IMG/VR virus record: IMGVR_UViG_2061766007_000547
Reading direction: 5' to 3' (one strand)
Source: an uncultured virus (IMG/VR IMGVR_UViG_2061766007_000547)
Lineage: Duplodnaviria > Heunggongvirae > Uroviricota > Caudoviricetes
Length of the DNA stretch: 20,000 nucleotides
Under the pieces are notes generated by a model that made no database searches, had not been told where the DNA came from, and saw only the letters and a list, made by a program, of their open reading frames with translations. Of this stretch, positions 16,463-20,000 are shown in pieces (within the stretch, counting starts at the first letter, position 1; each line of letters starts with the position of its first letter). The translations under genes were made by a program, and so were the position numbers.

Positions 16463-16665
16463 GCATTCACCTCCATTTTGTGCACTCTGTCCGATATACA
16501 GACAACCATTCTGCGCATAGTGCATGCATCAAGCTTTATCTTGAGCGCACGGCACTCAGCTATAACATACTTTGCAACCTGTTCCTTGCGTTCTCTTACA
16601 CATAAGCCAGACAACTTCGCAAGGCGCTTTCCGTTTGTAACAATTCGCTTTGAAATAACGTCCAT
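16459..16665 (-). CDS. hypothetical basic protein, 68 aa
   Basis: GGAGG SD before MDVISK. Confidence 0.75.
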   Translation of the reverse strand: MDVISKRIVTNGKRLAKLSGLCVRERKEQVAKYVIAECRALKIKLDACTMRRMVVCISDRVHKMEVNA

Positions 16666-16678
16666 AATCATTCCTCCG

Positions 16679-16735
16679 TTTCCCTATGGATTGCCATTAT
16701 ATGTATGATTTCCCTATAGATTGCCATTATATGTA
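16679..16735. repeat. tandem direct repeat, 2 x 27 bp (period 30): TTTCCCTAT(G/A)GATTGCCATTATATGTA
   Basis: Read directly; one mismatch between copies. Confidence 0.9.
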
Positions 16736-16877
16736 AATGCAATCTATACAAGTATGTAATATACATACTTTACAATGTGCATATTGATATAATATGCCCA
16801 TTACAAAACGTGTATATTAACAATCGGAGCCTATTATAAAAAACAGCTCCATGTTGTGTGCGGCTGGTATAAAATCA

Positions 16878-16915
16878 GCGGGCAAGTGCCGTAGTAGTGC
16901 GCAAGACTTGCCCGC
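16878..16915 (-). terminator. GC-rich stem-loop GCGGGCAAGT...ACTTGCCCGC, possible weak terminator
   Basis: 10 bp perfect inverted repeat downstream of 16939-17139; only a short T-run follows on the minus strand. Confidence 0.45.
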
Positions 16916-16938
16916 CGTCGTTTCTATTATTATCGTTA

Positions 16939-17139
16939 TCACAGCCCTTGTGCCTCACATAACTCCATCATTTCGTGCTGCGTGAGCTTTTTCGTCAATT
17001 CACACCACTCGTCCGTGAGCTTCTGGAGTAGGTATGAATGCGTGGTTATTGCATTCCAGCCACTACACTTCATAAGTGCATCTTCTTGCACCTTAATTTT
17101 AACCTCTAAATCCATAATCTTTTTAACACGCCCACTCAT
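16939..17139 (-). CDS. hypothetical protein, 66 aa
   Basis: GGGAGGT SD. Confidence 0.8.
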   Translation of the reverse strand: MSGRVKKIMDLEVKIKVQEDALMKCSGWNAITTHSYLLQKLTDEWCELTKKLTQHEMMELCEAQGL

Positions 17140-17171
17140 AATCTAAACCTCCCACTTATCCCCTTTATCAT
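17136..17171 (-). CDS. micro-ORF, 11 aa (MIKGISGRFRL)
   Basis: GGAGGATAAATAAC-ATG; ATGA overlap with the next gene. Confidence 0.5.
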   Translation of the reverse strand: MIKGISGRFRL

Positions 17172-17187
17172 GTTATTTATCCTCCAA

Positions 17188-17367
17188 TTAACACATGTTT
17201 CTTACATCATGCATAACACGGCTTATCTCGGCATATGTATCAGCATTATTTATGCGCTGTATAAAGTCAAGACGTGTTTCTAATGTATGATGTGCCAATA
17301 GCTCATTTATTGCTATACAAGCAAAACGCTTACTCGATCTTATTCCATGTATATCTTCATAGCTCAT
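17188..17367 (-). CDS. hypothetical protein, 59 aa
   Basis: AGGAGGT SD; MSYEDIHGIRSSKRFAC...; not in ORF track. Confidence 0.8.
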   Translation of the reverse strand: MSYEDIHGIRSSKRFACIAINELLAHHTLETRLDFIQRINNADTYAEISRVMHDVRNMC

Positions 17368-17378
17368 AATTATACCTC

Positions 17379-17663
17379 CTACAGATAATGTGCGCCACTA
17401 TTGCGAACCACAGGGTGCGCCAACTTAATCTCATAATAATTGCGCGTAGATTTTACCATGCACATATTGCACTCTGCCTCCTGCGCACGTCTTAATAATA
17501 TACGGCTTGCCAATACAATATCACCACTTGATACAATGCGCCTCTGGCGTCTTGATAATGCGCGTCTTATTGCACACTTCGCGCTTTCCATTTGAGCCGA
17601 TGATGTGAGCACAATGCCCTGCGCGATAACCTTATTGATTGCGTCAACTAATGCTTTTTGCAT
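17379..17663 (-). CDS. hypothetical Arg-rich basic protein, 94 aa
   Basis: AAGGAGG SD. Confidence 0.8.
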   Translation of the reverse strand: MQKALVDAINKVIAQGIVLTSSAQMESAKCAIRRALSRRQRRIVSSGDIVLASRILLRRAQEAECNMCMVKSTRNYYEIKLAHPVVRNSGAHYL

Positions 17664-17678
17664 AATGATCCCTCCTTA

Positions 17679-17870
17679 TTATCCTCTGCCATATAAATCA
17701 GCGGTCTGCTCACCTTTGCGATGATAATATACGCCGTTTTCATACTTCTCACACTCAAAGCCATCGAATACCATGCACACATGCGCATCGTCCTCATGCT
17801 CAAACGTATAACTCTTAGTCACGTTGCCCACTGCGTCTTTATAATCAATAACCCATTCTCTAATTATCAT
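17679..17870 (-). CDS. hypothetical protein, 63 aa
   Basis: GAAAGG SD; ORF track. Confidence 0.75.
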   Translation of the reverse strand: MIIREWVIDYKDAVGNVTKSYTFEHEDDAHVCMVFDGFECEKYENGVYYHRKGEQTADLYGRG

Positions 17871-17904
17871 AGTAATACCAACCTTTCATAATATGTGCAT
17901 GTGC

Positions 17905-18156
17905 TCAATATGGTGAATTGAGTGTCAACGCGCCACTTTCAACGTCAAACTCAAGGTGTAACAGGCTGCCGTCTGGATACGATATATCGCACACTTTACA
18001 CGCAACCTTATTATCTTCGCCGTATGCTTCATAGATAGCGCAATAGTAACCAGCCCTCTCAGCATGTAAGCGCACATAATCCAACTTAACACATTCTGAC
18101 GCCCTCTCAGATAAAGCGTCCAACTTCTCAGATATCACACATGATAATCTTGCCAT
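17905..18156 (-). CDS. hypothetical protein, 83 aa
   Basis: GAGGAGGT SD before MARLSC (start moved from 18381, which would run through a terminator). Confidence 0.8.
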   Translation of the reverse strand: MARLSCVISEKLDALSERASECVKLDYVRLHAERAGYYCAIYEAYGEDNKVACKVCDISYPDGSLLHLEFDVESGALTLNSPY

Positions 18157-18295
18157 AATATATACCTCCTCTGCGGCTTTGAGCCTTGCGCGTGTCGTTA
18201 TGAAACAAGCCCTCACGCCGTGTTTTAAAAAATACGCGTCCACGCCATGTATAATAAAAAATAACCAAATGTGCGCGTACACACGCGCGCGCACG

Positions 18296-18329
18296 AAAAA
18301 AAGGCAAACGGGGCAAAAGCCCCGTCGCC
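18296..18329 (-). terminator. Rho-independent terminator
   Basis: Minus strand GGCGACGGGGC-TTTT-GCCCCGTTTGCC followed by T7, just after the 219 aa gene. Confidence 0.85.
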
Positions 18330-18349
18330 CGTCCGTCCGTCCGACTGTA

Positions 18350-19009
18350 TCAAACCTGAGTGATGCCCTTTTCATCATCAACGTAAAGCCCTGCCGTCTT
18401 GAGCATATAGTCAGCGATAAGCGAAATAACCAACTCCTTGAAAGTGTACTTGTTCAGATATTTGGTGTGCTGGTCAATGCTCTTTTTGTCAATGGCGCGC
18501 TGAACCTGAATGGTATTAACGAAATTCTGAAACGGTTTATCGTCGGCGGTTTCAACCTTGCCAAAACCTAAAGCCTTTACAGCCTTGCGCAGCCCGTCCG
18601 ATAAATCAGCACAGCCCTCAGCGTTGATATAAGAAGCGTAAACGGCGTCCGAAATGTACTTGTTACAAAAAGCCTTTACCTGCTCACGGCTATCGGAAAT
18701 ATCGTTTTTGCATACCTCAATCTGACGGTCAAAATCAAGCATTTCAGCGTGGTATTTTTCAACTTTTGCGATATACTCAGAGTCTACAGCCTTATAATCG
18801 GAAACAGCCTTTTCTAAATCATCGCCCTTGTAATTAGCGGTAAATTCCGAAACCATATCGGCAAGTTTTGCTAAATAGGTTTCCTGCCTTTTTGCCTGCT
18901 TCTTTTCAAGCGTCCGCTTCTTTTCTCCCGCCTTAATGCCAGCTATACGGGGAAGCTCAAAATCATTCATGTTAGCGATTGCGATAGGTGTTGTTAATAA
19001 TGTTTTCAT
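18350..19009 (-). CDS. hypothetical protein, 219 aa (Lys/Ala-rich, helical-looking); first gene of the array
   Basis: TAAGGAGG SD; has its own terminator. Confidence 0.85.
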   Translation of the reverse strand: MKTLLTTPIAIANMNDFELPRIAGIKAGEKKRTLEKKQAKRQETYLAKLADMVSEFTANYKGDDLEKAVSDYKAVDSEYIAKVEKYHAEMLDFDRQIEVCKNDISDSREQVKAFCNKYISDAVYASYINAEGCADLSDGLRKAVKALGFGKVETADDKPFQNFVNTIQVQRAIDKKSIDQHTKYLNKYTFKELVISLIADYMLKTAGLYVDDEKGITQV

Positions 19010-19562
19010 AAAATGCCCTCCTTAAGGTCAAAATTTTAAAAAGTGTTAACAGTGAAAATTTATTCGGTTTGTGGGCACGGCGTCCGCCGCGACGTTACAA
19101 GCACGTAAACCTACATGAAATATTTTTGATTTACCGCGCCGTCCGTTCGTGCTACTCTTTACCCGTTTTGATTTCGTCGGCTTTTCAACTCCATTATGTC
19201 GCGACTTGTTTCAACCTCAATAGGCTTGATTTCCTCACACTATCATTGACCACACACGCCTCACGGCGGTTACAAGGTTTGTGAACGGGGACGTTTAAAA
19301 TCGAAATATTTATTTTTCTATCGGTAAGATGTGGGAAGCCCACTAAAGACGGAAGCCGTCTATGCCTAACCTACAAAACAAGGTAAGTGGTGCGCCTTGT
19401 TAGGTGACGTCTACAGTCTAACACATAAAAACCTCAATTTTTTGGCGTTATACGTCTATAAAGTGGGGCTGGGAAAAACCCCGAAACCCGCATTTTTAAG
19501 CCATTTGGGCATAGCTGATACATTCCGACATCCAGTCATTTTTCACACCAAGAAATAAAAAT

Positions 19563-19594
19563 AAAAAAGAGCCACCACTCCAATAGTGCAGCTC
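19563..19594 (-). terminator. probable Rho-independent terminator
   Basis: Minus strand GAGCTGCACT-ATTGG-AGTGGTGGCTC followed by T6 (imperfect stem). Confidence 0.55.
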
Positions 19595-19599
19595 ACACA

Positions 19600-20000
19600 A
19601 CACAATAATTTCATATTTATGTATTTATATCACATTAAACTAATATAGCCAGATTATGTACCGACTTTATAACCAGATTAATTCAGCTGAAATAAGCGGC
19701 GTTAATAAATAATTATTATCCAAGAGTAAGTAGTAAGTAAGTATTGATATCCAGCTACATATTGATATTAACCAGCTATATATCTAACTAACAATCCATA
19801 TATACCTACCATACGTATTTATATCAGATANNNNNNNNNNAACCATAATTTTATTTTAAATTAGTATATTATTACCTACTGTACGTATATATATGCAATA
19901 TTAGTTTGTATGCATATTTACCTGATATATATTATTACAGCTTATATAAGCTATTATTGCCTACTATACGTAATAATAGTTAATATCGTAATATTTTCCT
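19600..20000. other. AT-rich non-coding block with short degenerate repeats; N gap at 19831-19840
   Basis: No ORF in track; repeats CCAGATTA x2, TATTGATAT..CCAGCTA x2, ATTRCCTACTRTACGTA x2, AGTA runs. Confidence 0.6.

Larger units (their letters stand above)
1..19009 (-). mobile_element. Bacteriophage/prophage-like accessory (early) gene array, probable Bacillota host
   Basis: ~50 co-oriented, mostly small ORFs with strong SD sites and ATGA overlaps; DUF932 and DUF5688 genes; no housekeeping genes. No capsid, terminase or integrase in the window, so the phage call is inference. Confidence 0.8.

Noticed and set aside
16679..16735. Possible CRISPR mini-array
   Set aside because: Only two units separated by 3 bp, no spacer-length sequence, and no cas genes.
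18271..18343. GTGCGCG/CGCGCAC inverted repeat and (CCGT)n microrepeat beside the terminator
   Set aside because: Short, low-complexity, and no independent support for a function beyond the terminator context.
198..19284. Plus-strand ORFs in the track (e.g. 3927-4505, 7624-8064, 10983-11759, 18179-18571)
   Set aside because: Nearly all are antisense shadows of well-supported minus-strand genes, and I saw no convincing SD sites for them.
19331..19361. N4-like virion RNA polymerase hairpin promoters
   Set aside because: The loops read 5'-G-AAG-C-3', not the 5'-C-GNA-G-3' triloop I recall for those promoters, and no such polymerase is visible.

Overview
This window looks like a bacteriophage accessory or early ('host-takeover') region, probably from a large phage or prophage of a Bacillota host (inferred from the strong GGAGG(TG) Shine-Dalgarno sites and a sigma-A consensus promoter). 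About 50 tightly packed, often translationally coupled genes lie on the minus strand and read leftward from a ~1 kb non-coding, hairpin-rich then AT-rich block at the right end. Most are small hypothetical proteins. I recognise three families: DUF932 (TIGR03299-like), DUF5688 and a clan MH (M20/M28-like) zinc peptidase. No structural, integrase, tRNA, rRNA or CRISPR features were seen. Highlights: (1) a twice-repeated ~78 nt intergenic element with compensatory base-pair changes, a candidate uncharacterised structured RNA; (2) an operon behind a perfect TTGACA-N17-TATAAT promoter with two paralogous ~590 aa proteins (SCHTID/GCY core plus Cys-rich tail) around the peptidase, each preceded by a small membrane peptide; (3) a third, isolated copy of only the SCHTID..GCY..SYAL motif at the end of an otherwise unrelated 122 aa protein; (4) apparent absence of GGCC, CCGG and GGNCC by manual scan; (5) translationally coupled 11 aa and 18 aa micro-ORFs. 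Family names come from remembered motifs, not from database searches.
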